This document shows, piece after piece, positions 51,038-60,300 of a DNA stretch of 64,000 nucleotides. The notes under the pieces are model-generated. The model searched no databases, had not been told where the DNA came from, and was given only the letters and a program-made list of their open reading frames with translations. The stretch spans positions 1-64,000 of the IMG/VR virus record IMGVR_UViG_3300037258_000590, one strand, 5' to 3'. The position numbers and the translations under genes are program-made. The stretch's first letter is position 1. The number at the start of each line of letters is the position of its first letter.

Positions 51038-52906
51038 TCACGTGAAACCCTTGGCGCTTTGCCACGCAGCCAGCGCCCTGGCCACGCGCTCGTTCGCGCC
51101 GACGTGACCTCGTTCCGGCCAGTCTCCTATCACGGCGTTGAGCGCCTGGTCCGCAGGGTCCGCTACCGGGCCCGGGGGTGCCGGCACTGGTGCTGGTGGT
51201 ACCGGAACCGGCACCGGAGCGGGTGCCGGTGCTGGCGGTACCGGAACCGGGAACGGCTTTCCGGTGATCGCCTGGAACTCCGCGGCGAACGCGGTCAGGT
51301 CGACGCCCGCCTGGAATTCGGCGGTATTAAGCTGCTCCTCCCAGACCGGGAACCACAGTTCCTCCGCCTCGTGCGCCCAGAATGCGTCGGTGAAGCTGGT
51401 CTCCTCCGAATTGTGGGAGGCAAGACCCTCAGCAAAGAATGTCCTTGTGTCGGTCTGCAAGGCAATTACTTCCTGCTCGCCAACGAAAACTTTGCTAGTC
51501 AGCTGTACAGTGCGACTAATGTTGAGTCGTCCGAGAAGTTCTGGGTGGAACTTGTCGAGCAGCCGGGCGGGCCGCACAGAACCGAGGAATCGCAGAATCT
51601 CTGGCTTACGATAGATGTGCAGGCGGTGGATGTCCTTCCGCCCGGGGTGGCGGACCCCCTTAGAGGCTGCCCGTGAATCAACGTAATGTTTCGGGTTGAA
51701 TTCAAGTTCTTTCAGGCAGCGCTCTGTCTCGGCGAGCATGGCATTATTCGCCTGCGTAAATCCCAGCGTGGACGCAACAATGCCCTTTGCCTTGCCGCTG
51801 AGGTCCTGCTGCCGGAAATCCCCTTTACCGTCGAACGCGGCAGCGAGATAACCAGCTTCCCGGGATGTTCCGGTATCCCACACGTCAAGCGGCTTAATGA
51901 TCCGGGAAGCCCGCTTGCCAGTAAGCCGCAGATCCTCAGTTGCTAGCCAGTAGACTCTGTTTCCGAGGGTATGAACCAGCCATTTGTGCTCAGCCGAGCA
52001 TCGCACTTTCGTACCGTCGTTAAACTCCAGGTCATAGCAGGGCCTGACGATTTTCTGTGCAGATTCCACGCATGCTCGCCGGTAAAGCCGGCCACCCGAT
52101 CTGCCCCTGTAATTTTCTTCATCAAAGGCAAGAAGCCCGTCGCCTTCCTGAAGATCCCCCGCTGGAATCCAGTGCAAGTTAGATGTGAGTATGCGCATAC
52201 TTGAGTCTACGCACCAGGTGACGAACTTCTCATCACCGGCCATGGCCGGAGAGCCGCCCGCCACCTCGGCACCGTAGCCGCCGCACACGATCGAATGGCC
52301 GCCTTCGACCGGGCTGCCTTTCACGTAGTCCCACGGCCGCCCGGCGTCGAACTGGCTCTCCTGGACTTCCTGCACGTTGATGCCGAGCCACAGCACGCCG
52401 CCAGCAGCGATCGCCGCCTGAACCTCCCTGGCGTTCGCATGGTCGACCGCGGCGAACCCGACGAGCTTGCTGCCATCCGGGCCCGGGTTCTTGACCAGGT
52501 ATTCCAGCAGCGTCTGAATATCCATGCCGTTGTCCGCAGGCGACCCGGGTCCGGTTGTACCGGGGTCCCCAGAGGGATCGAATTGCGGGTTCTGTGTCCG
52601 GTATATTGCTAGTACGTCCGCCCAGCCCGGATAGACCTCATGCCCGCCGATCGCCTTAGAAATGACCCGGCGGATGTTCGCGAAAGTCACGGCAACACAA
52701 TCGCCGCATCCCGGAAAGCCTGGGTGAACACTATCATCGGGGCCGTTTCCGAGCATGAGCCAGCCGCCGTTCATGGCAGTAAGATAATCGACAGCCGCCG
52801 GGACAGCGAGAGCTGAGTGGCGGATGGCCGAGAACCGGATAGCCGGAGCACGCTTGGGCGGACGGCGGCCGTACGTGCCAGCGATGCGGGGAGCGGGCAT
52901 GGTCAT
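51038..52906 (-). CDS. Papain-like (C1/C39-related) cysteine peptidase with an intein and Pro-rich C-terminal extension
   Basis: AGGAG SD, TGATG coupling; LGN...GDCV.V..AN, DNG, GGHSI..GGY, FVTW|. Confidence 0.8.
   Translation of the reverse strand: MTMPAPRIAGTYGRRPPKRAPAIRFSAIRHSALAVPAAVDYLTAMNGGWLMLGNGPDDSVHPGFPGCGDCVAVTFANIRRVISKAIGGHEVYPGWADVLAIYRTQNPQFDPSGDPGTTGPGSPADNGMDIQTLLEYLVKNPGPDGSKLVGFAAVDHANAREVQAAIAAGGVLWLGINVQEVQESQFDAGRPWDYVKGSPVEGGHSIVCGGYGAEVAGGSPAMAGDEKFVTWCVDSSMRILTSNLHWIPAGDLQEGDGLLAFDEENYRGRSGGRLYRRACVESAQKIVRPCYDLEFNDGTKVRCSAEHKWLVHTLGNRVYWLATEDLRLTGKRASRIIKPLDVWDTGTSREAGYLAAAFDGKGDFRQQDLSGKAKGIVASTLGFTQANNAMLAETERCLKELEFNPKHYVDSRAASKGVRHPGRKDIHRLHIYRKPEILRFLGSVRPARLLDKFHPELLGRLNISRTVQLTSKVFVGEQEVIALQTDTRTFFAEGLASHNSEETSFTDAFWAHEAEELWFPVWEEQLNTAEFQAGVDLTAFAAEFQAITGKPFPVPVPPAPAPAPVPVPVPPAPVPAPPGPVADPADQALNAVIGDWPERGHVGANERVARALAAWQSAKGFT
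51410..52213 (-). mobile_element. Intein 3 (268 aa), degenerate LAGLIDADG
   Basis: CVDSSMRILT; block B SAEHKW; GYLAAAFDGKG; ends ASHN followed by Ser+1. Confidence 0.9.
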
Positions 52907-53325
52907 CAGGTAGCTCCTACCGTGAGGTTCAGCCGGGCACCGAAGTACGTGACGCCCGCGTATTCGATCCGGCTGTAGTTTCCTGCCGAGACCGGTTCGC
53001 AGAAATCTACTGCGCCGCCGAGCGTGGGGTCGATCATGATGCCGCCCGGGACAGACTGCCCCTCGCCATCGCCGACGCCGAGATACGTATCCAGGGCGCG
53101 CTGGGTTTTCTCGGCCGGAGCCGCGTCGGAGATGATGATCAAGACGATCAAGCTCAGGTTCACCGCGCCGTCCATGGTGACCCCGTAGGTGATGAGCGGC
53201 TGGCCGGGCAGCACGACCGAGCACGGCGGTGACACCTGGTCCCGGGCCTGAGCGTCGCAGCGCAGCCCGGTCTGCGCGGTGATCTGCGTGGCCAGCGCGT
53301 TGCGGATCGCGGTCAGGTTAGCCAT
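52906..53325 (-). CDS. Tail terminator protein
   Basis: LTAIRNALA..I.......V.PPC.VV.P...LD.Y...G..S....I..D.TLGG. Confidence 0.8.
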   Translation of the reverse strand: MANLTAIRNALATQITAQTGLRCDAQARDQVSPPCSVVLPGQPLITYGVTMDGAVNLSLIVLIIISDAAPAEKTQRALDTYLGVGDGEGQSVPGGIMIDPTLGGAVDFCEPVSAGNYSRIEYAGVTYFGARLNLTVGAT

Positions 53326-53329
53326 GAAG

Positions 53330-53488
53330 TCACCACATCCCGCATATTTTCCACAACCAGACAGCCGCCGTACAGTGATCATGGCAGACGAGCGCGTACG
53401 CCGCGTCATCTACGCAGCTGGTGAACCATAGCCGCAAGCGGGTCCGGCGGGGCAGCGCAGTGCGCAGGCGTACGAGATGGTCAGCCAT
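53330..53488 (-). CDS. Small hypothetical protein
   Basis: Overlaps previous stop; 52 aa. Confidence 0.55.
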   Translation of the reverse strand: MADHLVRLRTALPRRTRLRLWFTSCVDDAAYALVCHDHCTAAVWLWKICGMW

Positions 53489-53708
53489 GCGCATCATCCA
53501 GGCGGACCTTGACCCGCAGCTGCCTTGCGATACCGGTGAGCACCCGTTCCCGGTCCTCGTTCCGGACAGCGTGATCGCAGCCTTCACCGTCGAATCCGGC
53601 GCAAGTCCACGTATCACAGGCGAAGTTCTCATGCATCTGGCCGTGCACCGGGCAGTGCGGTTCCGGGAAGATCCCGGCTGGCCCTGAGCCGAGCAGCAGG
53701 TCAGCCAC
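53481..53708 (-). CDS. Small Cys/His protein
   Basis: HCPVHG.M....CDTWTC.GFDGEGC.H. Confidence 0.7.
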   Translation of the reverse strand: MADLLLGSGPAGIFPEPHCPVHGQMHENFACDTWTCAGFDGEGCDHAVRNEDRERVLTGIARQLRVKVRLDDAHG

Positions 53709-54096
53709 GGGTGTTCCCGGCAGCCTGCCATCCGGCTGCGATCTCCTGAGCACGCGCCAGGCTGACCGGTTCGCCGTTGAACGTGCATACGGTCAGCCCG
53801 GGAATGTACTTGACACCAGGTCCGGTGCTGCCCGGGACGACCTGCTCCGCGCACTGGCGGCATGCCAGGTGGGCCTCTTCGTGTTCATCGTTACAGCTCC
53901 CGCACCAGTACGCCTCATCGGTGACCCGGATCAGGGTGGGGTAGTGGTCAGCGGCCTCGTATTCGCAATGGTGCCGGTGCCCGGCCGCGTCAGTGTACGT
54001 CCAGTGCGCGTCGATATCGCTCAGGTAGTGCACCGCGATCATCTCGCGCTCGATCTCCAGCACGCCGCGCGACCCGGACAGTACAGTCTTAGCCAT
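53701..54096 (-). CDS. Hypothetical Zn-binding protein
   Basis: AAGGA SD; YWCGSCNDEH...CRQC. Confidence 0.75.
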   Translation of the reverse strand: MAKTVLSGSRGVLEIEREMIAVHYLSDIDAHWTYTDAAGHRHHCEYEAADHYPTLIRVTDEAYWCGSCNDEHEEAHLACRQCAEQVVPGSTGPGVKYIPGLTVCTFNGEPVSLARAQEIAAGWQAAGNTRG

Positions 54097-54099
54097 CGG

Positions 54100-54288
54100 T
54101 CAGTCCTTCCACCTGCGCGCTGGCCGCTGGACGTGCGGCGGGGGCGCGCTTACCCACTGGCCCTGCGGCTTGCCGGCATTCGGGCAGAACCCGCCATGGC
54201 CGCCGCCGCCGCGAGCGTAACAGCACGGGCATTCCGGGATCGAGGAGTCCCAGCCGTCACCGCCATGGCCCATGAAGATGCTAGCCAC
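54100..54288 (-). CDS. Small Cys protein (CPCC..GGGGHG..CPN)
   Basis: GGAGG SD. Confidence 0.65.
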   Translation of the reverse strand: MASIFMGHGGDGWDSSIPECPCCYARGGGGHGGFCPNAGKPQGQWVSAPPPHVQRPARRWKD

Positions 54289-54745
54289 CTGACGCCTCCG
54301 GATTGTTCTTCGCCTGAACCTGCTCCAGTGGTATTTCAGGCGGCAGCTGCATTCCCGAAGCCGCCATTGCTGAACTCATGGCGCCATAGTCCGTGCTGAA
54401 GTTCGCGTATATGCTGTAGATAAGCGTGATGAAAATTCCCAGCTTGAGCCACAGCGCCGGCTCGGTGAAGAACAGCAGCGTGATCAGCGGGAAGTTGACC
54501 AGCCAGTAAACAGCGCCGTACAGGTGCACTTTGTACTGGGTCTTCGGGTTCGTTTCCAGGTCCTTGACGACATACTTGAGCCAGCCATGCCGGACTGGGA
54601 GCGAGGTCATCCGCCGCAGGTGCAGGTGCACAAGCTGGGTCTGCAGCCGGGAGTCTGTGACCAGCTGTTTCAGTGCTTGGATCTCGGCGCGGAGCTGGCG
54701 CAGCTCGGCATCAGTCCGGGACGGAGGTGACGTGGGCACGGGCAC
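54281..54745 (-). CDS. Membrane protein with coiled coil and two TM helices
   Basis: HLYGAVYWLVNFPLI...ITLIYSIYANF. Confidence 0.7.
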   Translation of the reverse strand: MPVPTSPPSRTDAELRQLRAEIQALKQLVTDSRLQTQLVHLHLRRMTSLPVRHGWLKYVVKDLETNPKTQYKVHLYGAVYWLVNFPLITLLFFTEPALWLKLGIFITLIYSIYANFSTDYGAMSSAMAASGMQLPPEIPLEQVQAKNNPEASGG

Positions 54746-55187
54746 GCGAGAACTCCGCTATCTCGCGCCCTGGGGCCGGGCCGTCCGTCCCGCTGCCTAG
54801 CCAGGATAACTCCAGTGCGTGCAAGCCGCCGCTCGATACGGCAACCAGGATGCGGACCAGCTCGAAGCACTGGCTGTCGGTGAACTCACCGGTCTCGCGC
54901 CAGGCCCGGTGCCAGCGTGCATGGATCTCCGCCATGGTGCCGACCAGCTCCTCGCCGGCGGCATCGATACCCTGAACCTGGCTGAGCAGCTGTTCCAGGT
55001 CTGGCAGCCCGGAATCCGGCGGCTCGGCATCCGGCCGCGGAGTGTCTGGGCCTGCCTGCGCATCCGGCCGCGGAGTGCCTGGGCCTGCCTGTGCATCCGG
55101 CCGCGGAGTGCCTGGGCCTGCCTGCGCATCCGGCGGGCGCCATGAGCGCGGCTCAGGCTCATACTCAGGCTCAGGGGCGCCATTCAC
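54711..55187 (-). CDS. Hypothetical protein with PDAQAGPGTPR repeats
   Basis: GGAGG SD, GTGA coupling; three 33-bp repeats at 55027-55134. Confidence 0.6.
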   Translation of the reverse strand: MNGAPEPEYEPEPRSWRPPDAQAGPGTPRPDAQAGPGTPRPDAQAGPDTPRPDAEPPDSGLPDLEQLLSQVQGIDAAGEELVGTMAEIHARWHRAWRETGEFTDSQCFELVRILVAVSSGGLHALELSWLGSGTDGPAPGREIAEFSRARAHVTSVPD

Positions 55188-55846
55188 CTCAGGTCCTCCC
55201 ATTCCAGGTGCCACGCTTCGGCTGGCGCGCCCGGCCAGGGCATGACCATGCCCCACGTGAGCACCCCGGCTGGATGCGCCAGGACCGCATGGTATCCCGC
55301 GGGCGTCTGCAGTCCGCACAGCATCCCCGGCAACGCCCGTTCCGGGTCACACCGCTGGAAGATCTTCAGCCGGTGCCCGGAAAACCCTTCCACGGCAGCG
55401 TATTCCAGCAGATCGCCAATAGGGCCACGCTGGACTAGCTTGTACCAGGCCGCGACGTCCTCGTCTGGCAGCCAGAGCCCGGTGAACGCGTGCAGGTGGG
55501 CCGCCAGCGCAACCGGGACGCAGGCGGGCAGAAAGTGCAATGGAATAGCCGTTTTACCTGGTAGTTCACCCGTAACGCTCAAGTTCGCTTGAGGGATCCC
55601 AGCCGTGGCCGCCTTGGGCTTGACCGGGGTCTTGCCTGCGCGCGTAGCGGCCTGGGCGGCCCGGCCGGCCGCAGCCCACGCTTTTGACGCGGCGGCCTGT
55701 TTCTTGGACCGCGGCGGCGGCTTGCCCGTCTTGGCAATCGCCGCGGCCCGGGTTGCCTTCTGCACCGCGCGGCCTTTCGCGGCTGAAGCCTGATCGGCCT
55801 TGAGCTGCTTGGCGGTAACCCTCGGGTGTTTCGGCGCAGCGGCCAT
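55184..55846 (-). CDS. Lys/Ala-rich basic N-terminus fused to a minimal papain-like domain
   Basis: AKQLKA..AAK..AAIAKTGK.. then ACVPVALAAHL...YHAVL...VLTWG. Confidence 0.75.
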   Translation of the reverse strand: MAAAPKHPRVTAKQLKADQASAAKGRAVQKATRAAAIAKTGKPPPRSKKQAAASKAWAAAGRAAQAATRAGKTPVKPKAATAGIPQANLSVTGELPGKTAIPLHFLPACVPVALAAHLHAFTGLWLPDEDVAAWYKLVQRGPIGDLLEYAAVEGFSGHRLKIFQRCDPERALPGMLCGLQTPAGYHAVLAHPAGVLTWGMVMPWPGAPAEAWHLEWEDLR

Positions 55847-55848
55847 CG

Positions 55849-56064
55849 TCAGCCGCCGTCGCGTGCCTTGATCACCGGGGCGAAGCCGAACGGGTGGTGC
55901 ACGCCATCATCGGCTTGCGTGATGTGCGCCGCGGTGGTCGAATGCGTGTCGTAAGCCGGCGGCGGTGGCGGTGACGCTGGTGCCGCCGGGCTGCTGGTAT
56001 GCAGCGGGACCAGCAGCTCCAGGTCCATGAGCTTGCGGCCCCAGCCCTCGATGACGACCCTCAC
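55849..56064 (-). CDS. Small hypothetical protein
   Basis: Fills gap in operon. Confidence 0.55.
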   Translation of the reverse strand: MRVVIEGWGRKLMDLELLVPLHTSSPAAPASPPPPPAYDTHSTTAAHITQADDGVHHPFGFAPVIKARDGG

Positions 56065-56176
56065 CGGCCACGGCTTCCGTGACCTGTACCGCCGCGAGCG
56101 CCGGCACCCGCTTTGGGGATGACGGCCGGTACCAGGCTGCTGCAGTTAACTGTCGTGAGCACGTTTCTTACGGTCA

Positions 56177-56320
56177 TCAGACTTCCCCTTTCAACCGGAT
56201 GACCACGCCGGGCAGGTGCAGCCATGCACTGTGGTCTTTGACCCAGAACAAGCCGAAGCGCAAGTCATGAGAATCGACCAGGATCCGGCGCGTGCGTGAG
56301 TGTTTCCGGATATGCCTCAT
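56177..56320 (-). CDS. Small hypothetical protein
   Basis: ATGA coupling to head-tail adaptor stop. Confidence 0.55.
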   Translation of the reverse strand: MRHIRKHSRTRRILVDSHDLRFGLFWVKDHSAWLHLPGVVIRLKGEV

Positions 56321-57258
56321 ACGCCTACCTTTTTCCGCCCGCGGATAAACGGCCGCAGCAATTCTACCAGCCACGGGTTACTTTGTATTCTTGCGATGCC
56401 GATATCGGAAACCCCGGCCACGCCGAACGGGGCATCCTTGGATTTGAACACGTCGGCGGACAGGATCCGGCAGGCTTCGGGTACCTGCCAGGGCACCGCG
56501 GGCCAGCCCCATGTAGCGGCTATCTGCACCCTGTTAACCGGTGCGAGCGGCCACAGGTACGGGAACGTGACCCCGGAGTTGATGACCCGGACGTGCTCAT
56601 ACGGCCGGGGCTGCCCGGTAGACCCGGTGTTGAACGTGTCTTTTCCCAGGTAAAGCTGATAGTCAGTGTTCTGCACCCAGGGCTGCTCATAAGTTCCGTC
56701 ACCGTCGAAGTCGACCTTGAACGTGCTGACCGACACGACGTCATCGATCCGCAGTTCGTAGATGTCCTGAGGTACGAAAGTCCGGGTTTCGGTGATCCGG
56801 TTGAAATGGCGTCCGCAATATGAGTTCAGCCACCCGCTGGATGCCGCAATGGCGAACTGCATGTTGCTGTTGTCCGTGGCGTCAGTAATCCCGAGCCGGT
56901 CGTTCATCTCCTCCAGGCCGACGTACCACAGCTGGGAAGCGGCTGCCGGGAGAACCCGCCAGGTACCCGGCTGGACGTCGGAGACGGCTCCGGTGCCGAC
57001 CCACGCGAAACCCCACAGCCCGTCCGCTCCTGGTACGGACGGGGAGCACGCCACGGACAGCGTGTACTTGCCGGTGCCTACCTTGATGACATCAGCCGGA
57101 GAGAGCCCGGCGTAAGTGTGCGTAACCGCGACGTTAGCCGGGTCGGTGATGATGCATGAAACCGCTGTGGGGTCAGCAGGAACGCCGCCGGCATCGGTGA
57201 ACGTATTGGAGATCAGCGCGATTTCGTTTACGTCATCGTAGAAAACCGTGGCCGTCAT
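56317..57258 (-). CDS. Head-to-tail adaptor (gp6/gp15-like) with N-terminal Ig-like domain
   Basis: GAGGAG SD; F.D..G.P.DP...G.Y.......G.W...W.GTG (Ig-like); Y....E...LGI.D......AI.A.S..L..YCGR.F...W..VP..V..A..I. Confidence 0.82.
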   Translation of the reverse strand: MTATVFYDDVNEIALISNTFTDAGGVPADPTAVSCIITDPANVAVTHTYAGLSPADVIKVGTGKYTLSVACSPSVPGADGLWGFAWVGTGAVSDVQPGTWRVLPAAASQLWYVGLEEMNDRLGITDATDNSNMQFAIAASSGWLNSYCGRHFNRITETRTFVPQDIYELRIDDVVSVSTFKVDFDGDGTYEQPWVQNTDYQLYLGKDTFNTGSTGQPRPYEHVRVINSGVTFPYLWPLAPVNRVQIAATWGWPAVPWQVPEACRILSADVFKSKDAPFGVAGVSDIGIARIQSNPWLVELLRPFIRGRKKVGV

Positions 57259-57309
57259 CCGGGGCTCCTCACGTCGGAGACCCCGCACGCCCGGTGGCTG
57301 GCCTGGTCT

Positions 57310-60300
57310 TCAGGATACGCCGGGGAAGGTCTGGAACGGCTGGGTCACGCCAGCTACCGCGGTGCCGCGTGCGGTAACTGAAGCCGCTGACACAGAAATC
57401 TTCGTGACACCGTAAGCGGTGCTGAAGCCCTTCACCTGCGGCGGATGAGTCAGGCCCGTCGCGGTCAGCCTCGCGGTGCCGGCCAGTGCTCCGGCGCCTT
57501 GCTGCGCAGCCAGCGTAATCAGGGCTGCGATCCCGCCCAGAGCTGCCGCAGATCGCAGTACAGTGCCGGAGCCGAGTGACCCGGCAGCCCCGAGCACGGC
57601 TCCGGCACCGCCGGCGGCAGCCCCGGCCGCGGTCAGCGCTCCGGCTGCACCGAGCAGGCCGGCGCCCGCGATGCCGCCTCCGGATGCGAGCGAAGCTGTC
57701 GCGCTCAACGAGGTAACCGCCCCGGGCACGGCAGCGCTCGCGAGCGATCCCGCGGCAGCAAGCGCCGACCCGCTGGACGGGATCGCCCCGAGCGATCCTG
57801 CGGCGCCGATCGTCGTAACGACGCCGAGGGCGGCTGCGCTCGCGAGCGATCCCGCACTGCTGAGGATTCCACCCGGGCCCTGAACGGAAACGCTGCCAAG
57901 CGATCCGGCCGCGGCCAAGGCCGCCGGAGCTGCGATCGCGGATACCGCTGCCAGCGAGCCAGCGGCAGCCAGGCCGGAACCGCTGGCCGGATTGGCGCTG
58001 AGCGACCCGGCTGCAGTCAGTGTCGTGATAGCACTGAGCACCGCCGCCGCGGTCAGCGAGCCCGCTGCGGCTAGAGCAGCCGGGGCCGCCACGGCTGAGG
58101 AAGCAGCCAGGAGCCCGGCCGCGGCCAGCACAGCGGGTACCCCGGCGATTACCGCGGGCGCGGCCAGCGAGCCAGCCCCGCTGAGCACCGCGCCGCCCGC
58201 CGGGGTTCCGGTCAGTGACCCGGCCGCGGCCAGGGCGGTAATCGCGCCGAGGACACCGGCGGCCGACAGCGCTCCCGCACCCCCGAGCGAACCAGCTGCG
58301 CCCTGTGTCGCGACGTCACCCAGAGAACCTGTCGCGCTCAGCGTGACAAGCGCTGCCTGGACCGCCATGACGCCCAGTGATGCCGCACCGCCGAGCGTGA
58401 CACCAGCGCTCAGGATAACCGCGGTACTCAGTGATCCGGCTGCCGCCAAGGCTGCAGGCGCGGCCAGAGCCGCTGCGGTACCCAGCGAACCCCCGCCGCT
58501 GAGCACGGAACCCATGACCGAAGCTGCCGCCAGCGATCCCGCGGCCCCGGTCGTTGCCCCCGCGCCCTGGCCGGCGCCGTTGCCCGCAGACCCTGCCGCC
58601 ATCAGGACCGCAGGCGCGCTGAGGACGCCCGCTGTAGCCAGCATCCCCGCCGCGCCGAGCGTGCCGCCCGCACCCTGGATCGTGACCGTACCGAGCGACC
58701 CAGCCGCGCCGAGCGTGCCGCCCGCACCCTGGATCGTGACCGTACCGAGCGACCCAGCCGCGCCGAGCGTAACGCCTGCACCCTGGATCGTGACAGCATT
58801 CAGCGATCCCGTCGCGCTGAGCGTGACAATTGCGTTCTGGGCTGCCGTGGCTGCCAGTGAGCCAGCCGCGCCAAGCGTGACGCCCGCACTCTGGGCTGCT
58901 GCGGCGGCCAGTGATCCGGCAGCCGCCAGTCCTGCGGGCGCGCCGAGCATTTCTGCGCTGGCTAGTGACCCGGCCGCGCCCAGGGCAGTGATCGCGCCGA
59001 GCATTTCTGTGCTGGCTAGTGACCCGGCCGCGGCCAGGGCGGTAACGGCGCCCTGCAGGGCAGCCGGGGCTAGCGATCCAGCGCCGCCGAGCAGGCCTCC
59101 GGCATCCTGGACGGCGGCATTACCAAGCGAAGCTGCCGCACCGAAGGCCGTGCCCGCACCCTGGGTGGCGGCTGTGGCAGCCGATCCGGCGGCGCTGAGA
59201 GCCGCGCCCGCGCTCTGAGTGGCTGCCGTGGCAACCGACCCCCGGGCGGGCAGCGTGGCGATGCCCTGCAGGGCAGTCGGGGCAGCGAGGATGAGCACCC
59301 AGTCCGGGTCGCCCTGGCTGTTGTTTCCCCAGGTGCTGGAGTTGTACGACGAACCGGCCGTGACTGAGGTTTTCGCCCCGGTGATCGGGTCCCCCCGGTA
59401 CGCCTGGTATCCGGAGACCATCTTGGCCTGGTCAATGCCGATGGTCGTGGCGTGCGACAGGTAGATCAGTGCCAGGCTGGAACCCGAGCCGCTGTCCGGG
59501 GTCCGGCTCGCGGTGACGAACGAATCGGTCGTCGCGGCTTCGTACTGGCCGGAACCGCCGCCCGAGACGAACGTGGCCGCCCGCGAGCCCCGGCCGCTGG
59601 TGACCAGCGCCGATGCGGTGTCCGGCATCAGGGCCTGCCAGCCGGGCAGCGATTCGACCAGCGTGCGGATGTTCGCGGCGTTGTTGGCGTAGAACCAGTC
59701 GGTAGAGGAAGCAGCCAGCGCGGTAGCGGCCCATTGCCAGGTTGACTCAGAACCTTGCACGACACCGCGGGCGCCCGACGTGATCGCGTGCCAGGCGTCC
59801 TGCCTGAAAGCCCGGTCAAAAGCTGTAGAACCAGTGCCGCCTGCGTAAAGCGGGCCGCCCTGGTAAAAATACCCGTCGAGCTGGATAACCGGAATAGGAT
59901 CAGGCTCGCCCCAGGCGTCCTCTATACCTAGGTACGTGAGGTTATATGTGTAATTCCCGTTAAAGGCGGCATGGTTATTCCCCCAGTACTGGACCGTGCC
60001 GGTGGTACCCGTACCGAGGTCTTCACGGGAATCAGATTCCGCGTAATTGTGGATGCTGATGATGTGCGTATCGCCGCCGCCGCGCAGCCCGGTCAGCAGC
60101 GATTCATATAGCGTGTCCGTTGCTCCGGGGCTTCCGCCCCCGCTTCCGAGCGTGCCGCCAGAATTGCCGAAATAGTCATTCCCGACCATCCAGATTATGT
60201 TCTTGGTGGTCGCGTACCGGGCAGCGAGAGCGGCGCCGTACTGGCCGAACTGGGTTGCGGTCAGTGAGGTTAGCGCTCCGCCCGTGGCGAAATCTCCGGG

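Noticed and set aside
52907-53224. N-terminal extension of the peptidase ORF as given in the track (728 aa)
   Set aside because: It overlaps the tail terminator gene in another frame; SD and TGATG coupling point to a start at 52906.
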